Positions 36,321 to 50,242 of a stretch of DNA of 64,000 bases are shown here, in pieces; the first letter of the stretch is position 1; every line of letters starts with the position of its first letter. The stretch is from the NCBI GenBank assembly GCA_030390025.1, contig CM059432.1:121460001-121524000 (forward strand). The letters are read 5' to 3'. Below the pieces are notes generated by a model that worked only from the letters and a program-made list of their open reading frames with translations, was not told the DNA's origin and searched no databases. A program made the position numbers and the translations under genes. Source of the DNA: Squalus acanthias. Taxonomy: Eukaryota.

Positions 36321-39300
36321 TATTAATATTCCTATTATACTAAAGCCTTCTGTCCTTTAGAGTTTGAGAATTTTACAATCTTGCAAATCAAAAATATTAA
36401 CAATTAACAATATTATTTTAAAAAATAGGATGATCTGTGGTAATTATTAGGTCCTTTAAAGGCAGGTTAATAGGATAGGAATTGCAGCCATTGCCAGTTA
36501 GCATTGGTTCAGCTGACTGACATACACGCAGCATTTAAAGTATACTACTACTATTGAGAAGCACTAGTTAATGATGTGTAAAATTCAGGCTGGGTAATAG
36601 GCAAAACTTTAAGACATGCTTGGTTTCAAGCTATAGGAAATCAAACTGAACTAGATACAGTTATCTCCTTCAGGCTTGATCCAAACCTCTTGACTTTTCT
36701 GGGTTAGATATCTTATTGAACATGAATGTAATAATGCAGGCTGTAGAATGAATTCAGTAGATCACAAATCTCAATCACAAGGTGTCGACAATCCTTTAGA
36801 AACTCACTGTACCTCAGTGAAGAGTAGCTTGTCTGAAAAAACATTTAACCAGCCATATCCAGCAAATTGACGTCTGCACATCTGCATGCAATGTGTTTCT
36901 TACTGGACAGTGATGAAATAGTTCCTATTTTTAAAAATCCTGTAGGAATTAGAGATATTTGAAAGAGTTCCCATCAGATTCTAAGTTCAAAGCCAAAATT
37001 GTTCAGAATTGTTTTTTTGCTCGGAGATATTAGGAATCAAGAGAGCAATTTAAAAAAATGTTTTTGGAAGGAATGGAGATGTTTTATATGTGCAAAATTA
37101 AATCAAGAATTTAATCAGGTATTAAATCCTTTCATCTATAATGACTTCAGTCTTAAGCTTAGTTTTGTTTTATGAAGACTGCTGAGAGTGAATAATAAAA
37201 CCTTTTTTTCCAGTGGCGCTGACAGCATCAAGTACTGCTAAAGTGGATGTGCAACTTTGGAAATTCGGTGATTTGCCAAATGTCCTCCCTCAGTCATTTC
37301 GGAAGAGGCATCCAATTGATGGTACCTATTTGCCACGAGTGGCTCTCATTAAGCTATTAAAACACCAGAGCTCCCTCTGCTGCTGGCAGACTGCTATTGT
37401 AGCACTGCAGTGTACTCCACATGTCCCGGGATTTTTTTTTAGAAAATAATATTCTGCTACACCTGCTTCCCAATAACCCAATTCTGGATCTGAAGCCTGT
37501 GAAAATTTTTATCCAGAGTAGAAAATGACACCGACACATAGAACCACAAATTCCCCAAAACAGCTTTGAAAGTACTTGTAACACTTTCCAAAGTCACAAA
37601 GTATATTTCTAGACAAAAGAACAAAAGTCTACCATACAAACCATCAAGTTGGCTTTCAGACGTGCGCTTAAAAAGAGAACAAAGTATGGCTGAAGACTGT
37701 AGAAAACATCAATTTTCAGGGACAGATTGTTAGACAAAAAATGCTTTAATGAAAGACTAACAATGTGAGACACTTGTACCCCTCACAGGAACAGGGACAG
37801 AAGAAAACATTGCTGTAGTATTCAATCTGGCACCCTTTCCAGCACCAGTGATTTTCACAAGTGTTAAATTATTTCATTAAGCTGCACTTTATTTTTTGGG
37901 TATCACTCTTATTTATCCTCATTGCATGTTTATAATCTGCATTGCAATAAAATATATGCAAGGCCTATCAACGATCTTGGTCGTTGGTAAATGGTGAACA
38001 GCAATTATTCATGTTCAGAATTCTTGCAAAACCTTATCGTGATATTGTCGTCAATTTGTCCAATGTCAAGTGTAGAGGATCCTTTGACATCTTCCTGATC
38101 TTCAGGACCTCATCATGAGCTAGCACGAAGAACGTTAGCAGCACATCAAGAAAAGGCTCCAAGTAGGTGTTAACTCTCAAGAGTAGCTACTAAACTCTTT
38201 TTACCAATGGATCCTTGAATGTTTGACTGGGTAAGAGGAGCCCATCTCTCACAAGAAGTTATCTCCAGTAGGACACATCAGTCAGAGCTCACAAGTGTTC
38301 TCCCTTCAACTTTTCTCTGACAATCGAGATGTTTAACCTACTTAGCTCCATATATCTGTAGAAATTGCAACTTTGAGTGTGACTTTACTTATTTGTGAGC
38401 TTTTATATCGCTTGACACTGAGTTAACATGAAAAACTTTCAATACGGATATATTTAGAAATTCAGCTGGATTAATAAATTGGGGAATTAATTCTCACAGA
38501 AAAGTGTGACACGATTTGGAAGCATTTTTGACAGTTCATTGAAAACAACTAAGATGTATAAAAGTTTTGGAATATAATAAATTTAGAATACAATTATACA
38601 TATGTCTGGACATTCTCACAATACAAAAGGTTGTGGAGCTGCATTATAGAGAGCTAACTGATACATCTGTATCAGCGTAAAGCACTGGGCTTCAGTATAA
38701 ACAAGGGAGGCGAATCTCCTTGGTATCTAAGCGATATGTAAAGCTCTCACTATTTTTTTTTTGACAGAAAAATTGACTAGAAATGATTTCCACCATTGTC
38801 ATACTTCCTCTGAGTTCCTTTGTGCTTTTCGGTCGTTCCCACGATCCACCGGCTGAGTGCTCACCGACCTCATTCACATATATTCCAAAGAGGGCCAGTG
38901 GCGCTGCAGCTCTGACTTTCCTGTTTTTACACTGCTAACACTCTCTGCATAACTTAGACTGCAATTTATAAGCGGTAGCTGCCACCAGGATCAGCTGATA
39001 CAGGTGGAAATTAGGGTTTTTTTGAGATAGAAGAGTCTGGACAGTTTGAAAAGCTGGGAAATGCTTTTTGCAGCATTTTTTTTGTCATTCGGTCTACTTG
39101 CACCTGGATTTGCTTCTAACTGTTTCTGACAGGGTCAGACCACTGGCAGATTTTCGCCTTCCTTCCCCCCTCCCCCACAATGGGGGGCATCTCAAGAGCA
39201 GGCAAGGCATTCTTTGTGGCCTTAAACGTGTCTTTAACACGAAGGAGGAGGAGCAGCACAGGATGGTGCAAAGGAGCTTCATACAACATTTAAAGAGGAT

Positions 39301-39374
39301 GCACTCACCAGATATTATCCCCGTCGCCGCCGCCCATAGAATGTGAGGACCTTACTGAGGAGATGTGTATATGA

Positions 39375-41999
39375 TAGGGTGAGCATATTTTCTAAACCGA
39401 ATCTGGGGACACACAGGGTGGGAGCACAGCAAAAGTAGCCAGGACGCGATTCAAGAAAACCAGCATGACGACTTTGTTGCTTCTGCTAGTGGAATACATA
39501 TAGCGACAACGCCATTTTCACTTTACACTGAATCTCGAATTGTGCTGTACCATCTATACTCGTCCCCAAATACCCTAACTTTTAATTTCTCAATTTTAAA
39601 TCTCTTCCAAACAGACTGAGATTTTCCATATAAGGTGTGAACCACCCTCTGTCTCAAAAGATTTCAGAATCCTCTTCCCGGTGGGAGAATTTAGAGCTTG
39701 CCCTATTCATTAATAAGAACATAAGAAATAGGAGCAGGAGTAGGCCATTCGGCCCTTTGAGCCTGCTCCGCCATTCAATGAGATCATGACTGACCTTCTG
39801 CCTCAATTCCATTCACCGGCCCTATCGCCATATCCCTTGATGCCCTTACTAGTCAGAAATCTATCGACTTCTATTTTGAAATTACCCAATGACTGAGCCT
39901 CCACAGCCCTCTGGGGTAGAGAATTCCAAAGATTCACCACCCTGTGTGTGAATAAATTTCTTCTCATCTCAGTCCTGAATGGCCTACCCTTTATCCTGAG
40001 GCTGTGACCCCTGATTCTAGACTCCCCAGCCAATGGAAACATTCTCCCAGCATCCACCCTATCAAGCCCTGTAATAAGTTTGTATGCTTCAATGAGATCC
40101 CCTCTCATTCTTCTGAATTCAAGAGAATACAGGCCTAGTTTACTCAATCTCTTCTCATACGACAGTCCCGCCATCCCAGGAATCAATCTCGTGAACCTTC
40201 GTTGCACTCCCTCTATGGCACGTATATCCTTCCTTAGGTAAGGAGACCAAAATTGTACACAGTGCTCCAGGTGTGGTCTCACCAAGGCCCTATATAATTG
40301 GAGTAAGACTTCTTTACTCCTGTACTCAAATCCTCTTGTAATGAAGGCCAGCATACCATTTACCTTCCTAATGGCTTGCTGCGCCTGCACATTCACTTTC
40401 AGTGACTCATGTACAAGGACACCCAGGACCCTTTGAGCATCTGCATTCCCCAATCTTTCACCATTTAGGAAATACTCAGCCTTTCAGTTTTTTCTACCAA
40501 AGTAGATAACTTCACATTTATCCACATTATATTCCATCTGCCATGTTCTTGCCCACTCACTGAGCCTGTTGAGATCCCCCTGCAGCCTCTTCACATCCTC
40601 TTCATAACTGACACTGCCACCTAGCTTTGTATCATCAGCAAATTTAGAAATGTTACATTTAGTCCCCTCATCCAAATCATTGATATAGATTGTAAATAGC
40701 TGGGGCCCAAGCACCGATCCTTGCTGTACCCCACTAGTCACAGCCTGCCATCCTGAAAAAGACTCGTTTATCTCTACTCTTTGTTTGCTGTCTGTTAACC
40801 ATTTCTCAATCCATGCTAATATATTACCCCCAATTCCATGTGCCCTAATTTTGTTCACCAACCTCTTGTGTGGGACCTTATTGAAGGTCTTCTGAAAATC
40901 CAAATACACCACATCTACCGGTTCCCCTTTGTCTACTCCACTAGTTACATCCTCAAAGAACTCCAATAGGTTTGTCAAACAGGATTTCCCTTTCATAAAT
41001 CCATGTTGACTCTGCCCAATCTTACTATTAGTTTCTAAGTGCCCAGTTATTGCATCCTTTATAATAGATTCCAGCATTTTCCCAACTACTGATGTGAGGC
41101 TAACAGGTTTGTCGTGCCCCGTTTTCTCTCTCCCTCCTTTCTTCAATATCGGGAATCTGCAGGAACTGTTCCAGAATCTATAGAATTTTGGAAGATGACA
41201 AACAATGCATCCACTATCCCAATGGCCACCTCTTTCAAAACCCGAGGATGAAGGTCATCCGGTCCTTGTGATTTATCGACTTTTAGTCCCATTAATTTTG
41301 CTAGTACTGTTTTTTTACTAATAATAATTTATTTTAAGTTCCTCATTCTCACCACACCCTTGGTTTCCTCGTATTTCTGGGAGGTTTTTTGTGTCTTCCT
41401 CCGTGAAGACAGAAACAAAGTATTTATTTAATTTCTCTGCCCTTTCCTCATTCCCCAATCAAACACGATGTACCATGCTGATCTCTGAGGTAAAGTAAAT
41501 CCACTCACCCACCAGCTCTCACCGTGCCCTCAGCTTCTCCCGCGCATTTTAAAGGTTCCGTCCTGTGGCCAATCGCTATTGGCTGAGACACACGTTCAGG
41601 TGACTCAATCCCCCCGAGTGCAGTGCGGCCCGAGCTATCGATGGGGCCCTTTCTCCGCCGTGTTGCATTGTGGGAAGGCAGGACCGCCATCGTTGTCTCC
41701 GTTCAACCAGCTCCTGGAATCCATTCCTGAGCTCAAACCGGGCGCGAACGGGATGAAGGGCACCCCCCGGGGTTTATGTACATTTGTGTTTTGAAAAAAA
41801 CCCAAAGATTGGATATTTCCAGTTTATCCAAAAAATAAAGTTAGAATCCAACTCCTGCTGACCAGCGGACCAATGAATATGGCTCTATTCGGGGACGAGT
41901 TTCCTGAACCGGGGACTCTTCCAGGGATGTTGTTTGCCCGGGGATACAGTATCCAATCCGGGGACTATCCCCGGAGAACGGGGACGTATGGTCAGCCTT
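39375..41999. mobile_element. hAT-like non-autonomous element containing a CR1 insertion
   Basis: Termini TAGGGTGAGCATA / TATGGTCAGCCTT; degenerate 8-bp TSD GTATATGA / GTAAAAGA; repeated subterminal CGGGGAC motifs. Confidence 0.7.
39712..41458 (-). mobile_element. CR1 LINE 3' portion, frameshifted
   Basis: ORFs 40484-41146 (KFADDTK) and 39803-40453; (AAGAACAT)n tail. Confidence 0.95.
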
Positions 42000-42798
42000 G
42001 TAAAAGAAGAGTGCGTGTCACCAAAGAGGCATTGGAGCAGCTCTGCCATCTATTACAGGAGGACATGCAGCCACACTCAGCTACCCGTGCTGCTCTCTCT
42101 GAGACTGTGAAGGTGATCACTGCATTCAATGTATATGGCACAGGCTCATTTCAAGCAGCCAGGGGTGATTTTTGTAATATCAGCCAAGCTGACGTGCAGG
42201 TTACTGCCGCACTTTACTGAACAGCTGGATAATTGATCACCTTTGGCATCATAGCAAGGCAGGAGAGAGACAGGGCCACCCACTTTTACAGACTTTCTGG
42301 TTTTCCTAAAGCCCTTGTTGCTTTGCCCCCTCACTCTCTCAACAGGAACAACTTCCACTCCCTTAACACACAGATAGCTATAGCCCGCTGTATCCTTTAC
42401 AACTTCAGCATTGAAGGAGGGCTGCACTTCCACATTGCTGGGGAGGAGGCCTTGGCTCCATCAGAGCCAGAACAACATGGAGGAGGCTGTCATGATGATC
42501 TATACTCAGAGGACTCCTCAGTGACTTCTACAAGCAGCGTCAGAGCACGTCTCATCTGTGAAATCAATTCCTCTGTGCAACACAGTCGACCATTGACACC
42601 ACCGCCTTATATCCTTCTTCACACTTTCCTATAAAGAGATATTCCTTCAATCCACCAACCATCCTACAACGTAACAGCACATCAATCCTGTTTACTCCTA
42701 CATGAGCAAGCGAATAATCATCACGTGAGTGAATAAATAAGTCAGCACCAAACAAGTGCACCCTTTCCTGTATGACTCTAACTTCCATAAATAACAAA

Positions 42799-43550
42799 AG
42801 GCTGGAATTTGCGTTCACCGTTATTACCCCTCTGAAACTGACCACAACTTCAGGATGTAGCGCTTGCGCATCTAAACGTGGAAATCCTGAAGTTGCGGTC
42901 AGTTGTTCACCGCTCCGACACTGGCTGCGCTGTGCCGCCCCCCACCCTCCCCCGCAAAAGCCGGCAATCAGTGTAATCAGTGAAATCAGTGAAACTGACG
43001 AAAGCTTAGGCTTTTCCACGGTAATATCGCTGTTAAATACCCCGTTAAATGTTAGGCCTTGTTGGATTAGGTGTAACTGAGGTTTTAACCACATATTGAC
43101 TGCTAAAGAAATGTGATGGCCCTGAGAAAGTCATTTTAATTTTGTGGAGTGTCAAATTTTTCCATTATGATAACAATTATAATTTTAAGAAACTTTTTTT
43201 TAATTATATATTTTTTAATAAATCATATTTATCTCAGGTTCTACCTTATCCCCATGTGAGAGCCCCGATCTTTGTTTTGCTCTCTGTAATATTTTTTAAA
43301 AATCAGGATAAAAGCAGGTTCTCATTTCCCGCTTCCCCGTCTATGAGAATTCTGCGATGTGGCTGGCTGCTTCGACAGCTTGTTGACATCACAGCAGATC
43401 GCGTTAGGGATTCCCCATTATATTGCACTGAAGTCACTTGCATGTCAAAAAAGACAAACTTCTCGCCACAGAGATCGCAAGATCGCAAGATCTCTGTGGG
43501 TGGCTTTCTTCGGGGTCAAAGCATTACGTTAGCGCACGTTCTAATTTAAT
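42799..43550. repeat. Probable MITE (GGCTGGAATTT terminus) with a subterminal 21-bp-arm hairpin
   Basis: Arms 42836-42856 and 42884-42904 (20/21); AT-rich core. Right end not resolved. Confidence 0.5.
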
Positions 43551-45042
43551 ACAATCATTGTAAATGTACACAAGCCAACCTACTGTTTCTTAACACAAGA
43601 CTGCTTCCCCTGGGTGCCTACATGTGCCTTTCTTTCACCTATTTGAATGCATGTTCTAGTTGCTACCTTAAGGCCAGGGTCACAGGAGGTGGTTGTCTCC
43701 TCATGCTCTCCAAAAGGGCTTTGGTACGGAGGGTGGCCTGTCTATCATGGCAGCTTGCTCCTGGCAGGGAGCTGCTGCTGACTATACCTCTGGAGCTTTC
43801 TTCTGGGCAGCCTGGCATCACCTCCCACTGGCATGGTGCTCTAAGTGGGAAGGCCGAAGGCATGGCATATGTTGTTGTCCTAAGAGATGGCAGTATCACA
43901 CAGGTGGACTCCAGCCTTCACCATTCCACTGGACCTGTAGCCCCACTGTTCAGCGGAATAGCTGGTCTAATGGCAGCTATCGGATCCATGGTTTGGAAGT
44001 CGGTGTGCGGGTTGGCTTCTATTCTCTCCTGACTTTAGTTCTCCCAAAGAGAGCTTGTAGGTCTGACTCAGTAAAGTTCTGCGTTATTCTCCTCCTGCTT
44101 AGTGCTGTGCCCTACTGCCTTGTCTGGCTGCTTGGTGCAGGGGCTTCTGCTGTTGGACATAATTCTTGCAAAGTATGAGGAAAAGATTGATGAGACATGC
44201 AGTGAAGTTATCTGAGGGCCAATTAAATGATCCCAGCTCTGTTCCTTCCTTCCCATTTTGTCCTCCAGTCTGATGCTGAGGTGTGCAGATTGAACTGTCT
44301 TTTTAAAGGCTGCACTCCAGTTTCTATGCACTCCAGCTAATGACACCCGTTGCACACAGCATTTACATCAATGACTATTCAATGGGTAGGGAAATGAGCT
44401 TACCGAGTTTTCCTGTAACGACCACTCCAGGCCACTGCCAGGCGCAACTCTTTTTCCATTGGCATAACAGCAGCGAAACTCATGGCAAGGAAATTCATCC
44501 TCAAGGTTTCTGTCTTACTGTCAGTATGAAGACCTGTTCTAAAAATTGCCTGAAACTTAGAATGTATCATAAGGCACATGGATTAAGCGCATGGGAAACC
44601 ATTGCAATCTTGCTTTAAGTAAACAATGTCTTGCCATGTGACCTGAGTCACCCTTCCATTGGTGGCCTGAGTCTTCAAGGAACTATAAGTGTGTTAACGG
44701 TCTCAGTGCACAACTATCTTTGTTCCATACTTAACTAGGAATGAAAGATTGACATTTGTAGCAGGATAAATAATATAGACCTCATAGCAGTGCCTAAAAA
44801 GGTCCAGTTCTCCTTAAAAAAAAATCCTAATTTTACAGCCTTTGCCTCTTTTCCCACCAAAAACCGGGCGTACGATGTACGTGCTGAATTCACAGATACG
44901 TTGCACGCACATCTCCAGACCAACTTTTTGGTAAATGGAGAATAGGAAATTTTGGGAATGTTATTCCTGAAATTTGGGAGCCAATCATTGTTTACTGATT
45001 TACAACACACAAGAAAAATCTGGGAATGTATCGGTGAATACA

Positions 45043-45772
45043 GAGGTAGAGTTTCCACTAGGTTCACCCAAAATCAGCGAAATCAGCACTAAAGATTGCG
45101 GAATTCCAAGCGCAAGTTACGTTCAACGTAAGTCGAGTTTCCGCGATCTTCTGCGCTGGCGTTAAAACCATTGCGTGAAAGCCGGCCCTGCCCACAAAGC
45201 TTGCCGCACCCCCAGATCGCATTAATCACCGTGGCGCGTTTCTGCTAATTGCGCCCTTTTGCGGCCCTCCGAGGAGGCTCTTAAAATTAAGCTGGTTCTT
45301 TTAGGCGCAAGGGCAGTAATAGGCACCTTTTAAAACATTTTAAATATTAACAAATAATTAATTTACGAAGAAACTGACTAGTGTACACTAATGAATGGTT
45401 CTGTATACGTTTTTTAAGTCATTTTCAGTTATTTAATTTGGGTTACTCACAGGTGGTGGACTAGACACTCCGATTAAAAATGCTTATTTTTTGTGAAAAA
45501 CCCATTTTCAGCTGTATTAATAAAACTGCACCAGGTTACCACTCTTAAATACATCAAGGAACATTTTTTAATGCAAGGGGGGAAAAAAAATAAACAATTA
45601 AGTTTTAAAACGCTGCCCGATTTCAATGATTCATGGACGATTTCATGTTTGTGATTATGCAAATGAGTTTGAGCTGAAACTCGAACCATAACTTCACTTC
45701 GGAAAACCAGCGCAATTTTGAGCGCAACTTGTGCCCAGTTTGCTGATTGCAGCAAAGCAGAAACTCTACCCC
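45043..45772. mobile_element. Harbinger-type MITE (730 bp)
   Basis: TIR GAGGTAGAGTTTC / GAAACTCTACCCC (12/13 match); flanks ACA/ACT. Confidence 0.75.
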
Positions 45773-46207
45773 ACTGATTTTAATGATCCGTGTGTATAAA
45801 GTGAATCAGCCTTGTTGATATTGTGCAAGAATTCTGATGGCAATAGTTCTGTTATTGTGCATTTACTCGTGTGCATATGTCACGCAGTATGAAGATTTTT
45901 TATAAACAGCAGGACATGTAGTGAAAAGAATAGAAGGCATAATAAAGTCGGTCAGCAGTGAACTGAAAAACCACTTACAGTGCACTGCCTCCAAAGTGTT
46001 CTTGCCATGATATTATTCTGATGTTAATGACTTGCAATATTATTTACTGCCAAAGTGATTAAGAGCCAATTAAACTAATGAACTAATAGGACTGTGGAAA
46101 AAAAGGACCCAGTTATTACTTGTCATCACTAATTCCAGTGTTAAACATGGATGGTATTAAAGGTAACTTGAAATTGTCTGCAAGTCTAACAGAACACCAT
46201 AAAGTGA

Positions 46208-46895
46208 AAGAAAGACTTGCATACAGCGCCTTTTACGACTCCATGACATTGTAAAGCGCCTTGCAGGCAATGAAGTGTGGTCACTGTTATAATGTAGGGA
46301 AACGCGACTGCCAATTTGTGCCCATCAAGGTTCCACAAAAAGCAATGAGATAATGACCAGATAACAGATAATCTGTTTTAGTGATGTTGATTGAGGGATA
46401 AATATTGGCGCGGATACCGAGGATAACTCCCCTGCTCTTCTCCGAAATAGTGCCATGGATTCTTTTACATCCACCTGAGAGGGCAGATGGGACCTCATTT
46501 TAATGCCTCATTTGAAAGCCGGTACCTCTGACAGTGCAGCCCTCCCTCAGTACTGCACTGAAGAGAAGAGGTCAAGGGGGAAAAATTGGGTTGATTTGCA
46601 CCTCTCGTTAGCGCCCCGGGGAGCCCGGGCACAGCGCCGCTAATGCCTCCCGTGAAATTCAGCGGGAGGTTAGCTTCCAGTAGCACTCCACCTCCTGCTT
46701 GGGGCGCTACTAATGAAGTTCCGGCGGAGGGGCGCTTTACTTTTTTGGGGTGCTAAAATTAAGTGCCCCGGCGATGTTAGCGCCCCAAAAGGGGCGCCAC
46801 CCAATTTTTAGCCCCCAAGTCTCTGGAGAGGGACTTGGACCGACAACCTTCTGACCTACAGGGGAGAGTGCTACCACTGAGCCAAGGCTGACACC
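46208..46895 (-). mobile_element. Deu-domain SINE interrupted by a short MITE-B
   Basis: SINE core and tail at 46208-46572; head at 46819-46895. Confidence 0.85.
46576..46815. mobile_element. Short Harbinger MITE-B derivative (240 bp)
   Basis: GGGGGAAAAATT / AATTTTTAGCCCC; TSD CAA (46573-46575 and 46816-46818). Confidence 0.85.
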
Positions 46896-47367
46896 TGAGA
46901 AAGTGAGTGCTCTCAGAGGAATATCACAATGAGCCATCCTTTCCCGCATTAACTACACACAAAGGGGGCAGATGGTGGCAATGCCTATGCTCCCCAATCT
47001 ATACAGTCTAACTTATTTGGAATTAGATTTAGCCACAGTTAGAAAAAAAGGCTCAGTGGGTTCTGATTGTCTCACAGGAAAAGTACACACTTCTTTATTC
47101 ACTTATATGGGTTTTCCATCTCTGTCTTTGCTATAGTGGACACAAATCACATTTGTGGCAGAGCTCTGACCTTGGCAAGTATATTCATAGACCCTTGGAA
47201 TGATTTGACGGTGGCTGACAAGAAATGTATAAGATTTTTATGTTCAATTTACAAGCCTGAAATATTTTCGCAAATACAGGTTATGAACACATCAGTGTCA
47301 TTTTTGCCATGTTGTTCAGTGTACTTTAAAGTGATAGCACCCAGGAGCTATCATTCTGCTATGGCTG

Positions 47368-48491
47368 TGTCATCACACCAACACTCTTCTCGATCTTCCT
47401 TGCTGCAATGCTCCATCTCACCCTCAATAAGCTCCCCGCTGGAGTGGAGCTAATTTACAGAACAAACGGGAAACTGTTCAACCTCCGTCGCCTCCAGCCC
47501 ATCGTCGAATTACAGTATGCAGGCGATGCTTGCATCTGCGCTCACTCAGAGGTCGAACTCCAAACAATCGTCAACACCTTCACCGAAGCGTACGGGAGCA
47601 TGGGCCTTACACTAAACATCCGTAAGACAAAGGTCCTCTACCAACCTGCCCCCGCCACACAGTACTGCCCCCCGATTATCAAAATCCATGACAAGGCCTT
47701 GGACAACGTGAACCACTTTCCATACCTCGGGAGCCTCCTGTCAACAAGGGCAGACGTCGATGACGAAGTCCAACACCGCCTTCAGTCGCCTGAGGAAGAG
47801 AGTGTTTGAAGACCAGGACCTCAAACCCGGCACTAAGCTCATGGTCTACAGAGCAGCAGTGATACCTGCCCTGCTGTATGCCTCAGAGACATGGACCATG
47901 TACAGCAGGCACCTCAAAGCACTGGAGAGGTACTACCAACGCTGCCTCTGCAAGATCCTGCAAATCCATTGGCAAGATAGGCGCACTAACGTCAGTATTC
48001 TCGCTCAGGCCAACATCCCAGCATCGAAGCTTTGACCACACTTGATCAGCTCCGATGCGCTGGTCACATCGTCCGCATGCCCGATACGAGACTCCCAAAA
48101 CAAGCGCTCTACTCGGAGCTCCGACACGGCAAGAGAGCCCCAGGTGGGCAGAGGAAACGCTTCAAGGACACCCTCAAAGCCTCCTTGAAAAAGTGCAACA
48201 TCCCCACTGACACCTGGAAATCCCTGGCCCAAGACCGCACAAAGTGGAGAAGCATCCGGGAAGGCGCCGAACACCTTGAGTCTCTTCGCCAGGAGCAAGC
48301 GGATACAAGCACAAGCAGCGCAAGGAGCGCACATCAACCCAAGCACCCCACCCACCTGCCCCTTCAACCACCTTCTGCCCCACCTGTGACAGAGACTGTA
48401 GGTCCCGCATTGGACTCATCAGCCACCTGAGAACTCATTTTTAATGTGGAAGCAAGTCATCCTCGGTTCTGAGGGACTGCCTAAGAGAGAG
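47368..48491 (+). mobile_element. RTE-clade LINE, 5' truncated and inactive
   Basis: RT with YADD mutated to YAGD, GLTLNIRKTKV, YLGS, LLYASETWT, QLR.AGHIVRMPDTRLPKQALYSEL..GKR..GGQRKRFKD; C-terminal CPTC..GLISHLRTH; 7-bp TSD ATGGCTG (47361-47367 and 48492-48498). Confidence 0.93.
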
Positions 48492-49127
48492 ATGGCTGCA
48501 CTGAAATGTGGTGCCAGTGCACTATGCCCGGCCCATTTTTGGCTGTTGGCACATTAAGGGGACTTCCCTGGGTTTTCCACCATTCCCCTCATTTAAATGC
48601 ACATTCCCGGCATGATTTGCATCACAAACTGGGGGGTACTGGGCGATATCCTGTGCGGGAGCAGAAATGCCATGGGGTAGCTTTCTCAGGCAGCACCTGC
48701 ACTCCCTGTTCATGGGAAAGTTTGATATCAGGCATTTTCTGCTGTGCACTGTGCCAAGGTGAGACGGGAGACCTCTCAAGTCCAGGCGACAGGACAGACA
48801 GTCTACGTCAGTGAACTGCTTCGAATGGTGGGGTCTAGCGCTAAAATTGAAAGCAAACAAAAGGGAACAAAGGTCCAAAGCAATGACAAGGAGCCAAAAA
48901 TGGCAAAAAAGACAATTCTCATCAAACGGCCAGTTGGGAAAGCTTTAAATCTACTTCTGGTTGCTGTGATCCTGCAAAACAGGGGCAAGGTCAAAGATTT
49001 TGGTTTTCCACCCCCTCTGTTTCCAGTACACACCAAATGGAATTACTATTACTATTACAATTTTAAAAGGTATTATAATAGCACAGGCAGTATAATTCCT
49101 CCTGTCAATAATGTTGACAAATATATT

Positions 49128-49864
49128 ATCCCAGAATTTGCTGGAGTGGGGGATCTCACGGCGTGCCCCATTAGTTAGACTTTTTCCCTTGCCCTTCAGC
49201 TCGAACATTTTTTGCACTGTAAGTTGCTGGAAATGTGCGCTTATAATGGCACGGCGAGGGCAACAGGGAATCTGGGATCTTGGTGAACTACGGGACCAAC
49301 AGTCTATCTCTTTAACCAATCTCTTTAAGGATTGAGATAGGGACAGAGGAACGACAGAGAAAGAAATAGGGTGAATTAGAGTCAAATCAGGTACAGAAAG
49401 AGAAATAAAGAGAAGGAAAGAAAGATTGGATTAAGAGAGAGAGAAAAGAGTCACAAAGGAAAAGTAAGAAGAAAATTTAAAACATTTAAATTTTAAATGT
49501 TAAAAATCTCTAACAATTTACTACCTGTAGGAATGAATTGTCTTGTTTCTGAGCCGGAGAGGTTGAATGGCATTGCAGGAACATAAATCTCATCATTTTA
49601 AAAGGTATTTACGCTGATAAGTAGCAACCCTAACTTTCTGTTTAATTGGCAATTAATGCGCAAATGCAGCAATTTCTTCAAACTCATGGAGAGGTTGAGG
49701 GCGAGCTACTGTTTTCGCGAGGCTAACGGCAAATGGTCCAGCAACTTGTGGCGATTCACAATTCACTGGGTATCTCTTCCTCGCCACAGGTTGCTGGATG
49801 ATTTACACATTAATGATGGCCCGCGCATTAAAGTCGCCGTTAATTTGGCAGCAAAGTCTGCCCC
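49128..49864. mobile_element. Non-autonomous TIR element with a 3-bp TSD (Harbinger-like)
   Basis: CAGAATTTGCTG / CAGCAAAGTCTGCCCC (11/12 inner TIR match); TSD ATT (49125-49127 and 49865-49867); second copy at about 5940-6630. Confidence 0.7.
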
Positions 49865-50242
49865 ATTAAAAAAAAACTTCAAATACTGTAAATACAGCCA
49901 AATTCTTCTTGCGGAGCAGATCTCATTTTGATCATGTGGGAGATCCATGTTACGGAGACATTTGCAGCAATCACACTCGTCTCTACTGGTTTTACAAATA
50001 GCACTAATTCTGTTGGCCATGTCAAATCAGGCCTCATGAAGTTTCCTAACTTGAAGCATATGCCTGTGAAAGACAATAACTTATGCTCACTTTTGGCAAC
50101 GCTTTCTCATTAGTTTCCCAGTTGCTTTCTCTGCCACCATTTTTCAGCCTTTACTGCCAGTGCTGTCAATATCAAAGAAACTTCAGGAGCAAAGTGTCGA
50201 ATCAGCAGGAATGTTGCAGATTACAAATCCATTTTTAAAAAA

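Larger units (their letters stand above)
39002..42560 (+). pseudogene. Decayed Harbinger transposase, split by a hAT-like element
   Basis: The left piece ends ..DLTEEMCI. The right piece continues RRVRVTKEALEQLCHLLQEDMQ..VKVITAFNVYGTGSFQAARGDFCNISQ, then NRNNFHSLNTQ and CILYNF, homologous to the intact transposase. Confidence 0.8.

Noticed and set aside
37200..37450. Possible host exon after TTTTTTTCCAG (similar candidate at about 9178-9293)
   Set aside because: No recognisable peptide, no convincing donor site and no partner exons; cannot be supported without RNA-seq or homology.
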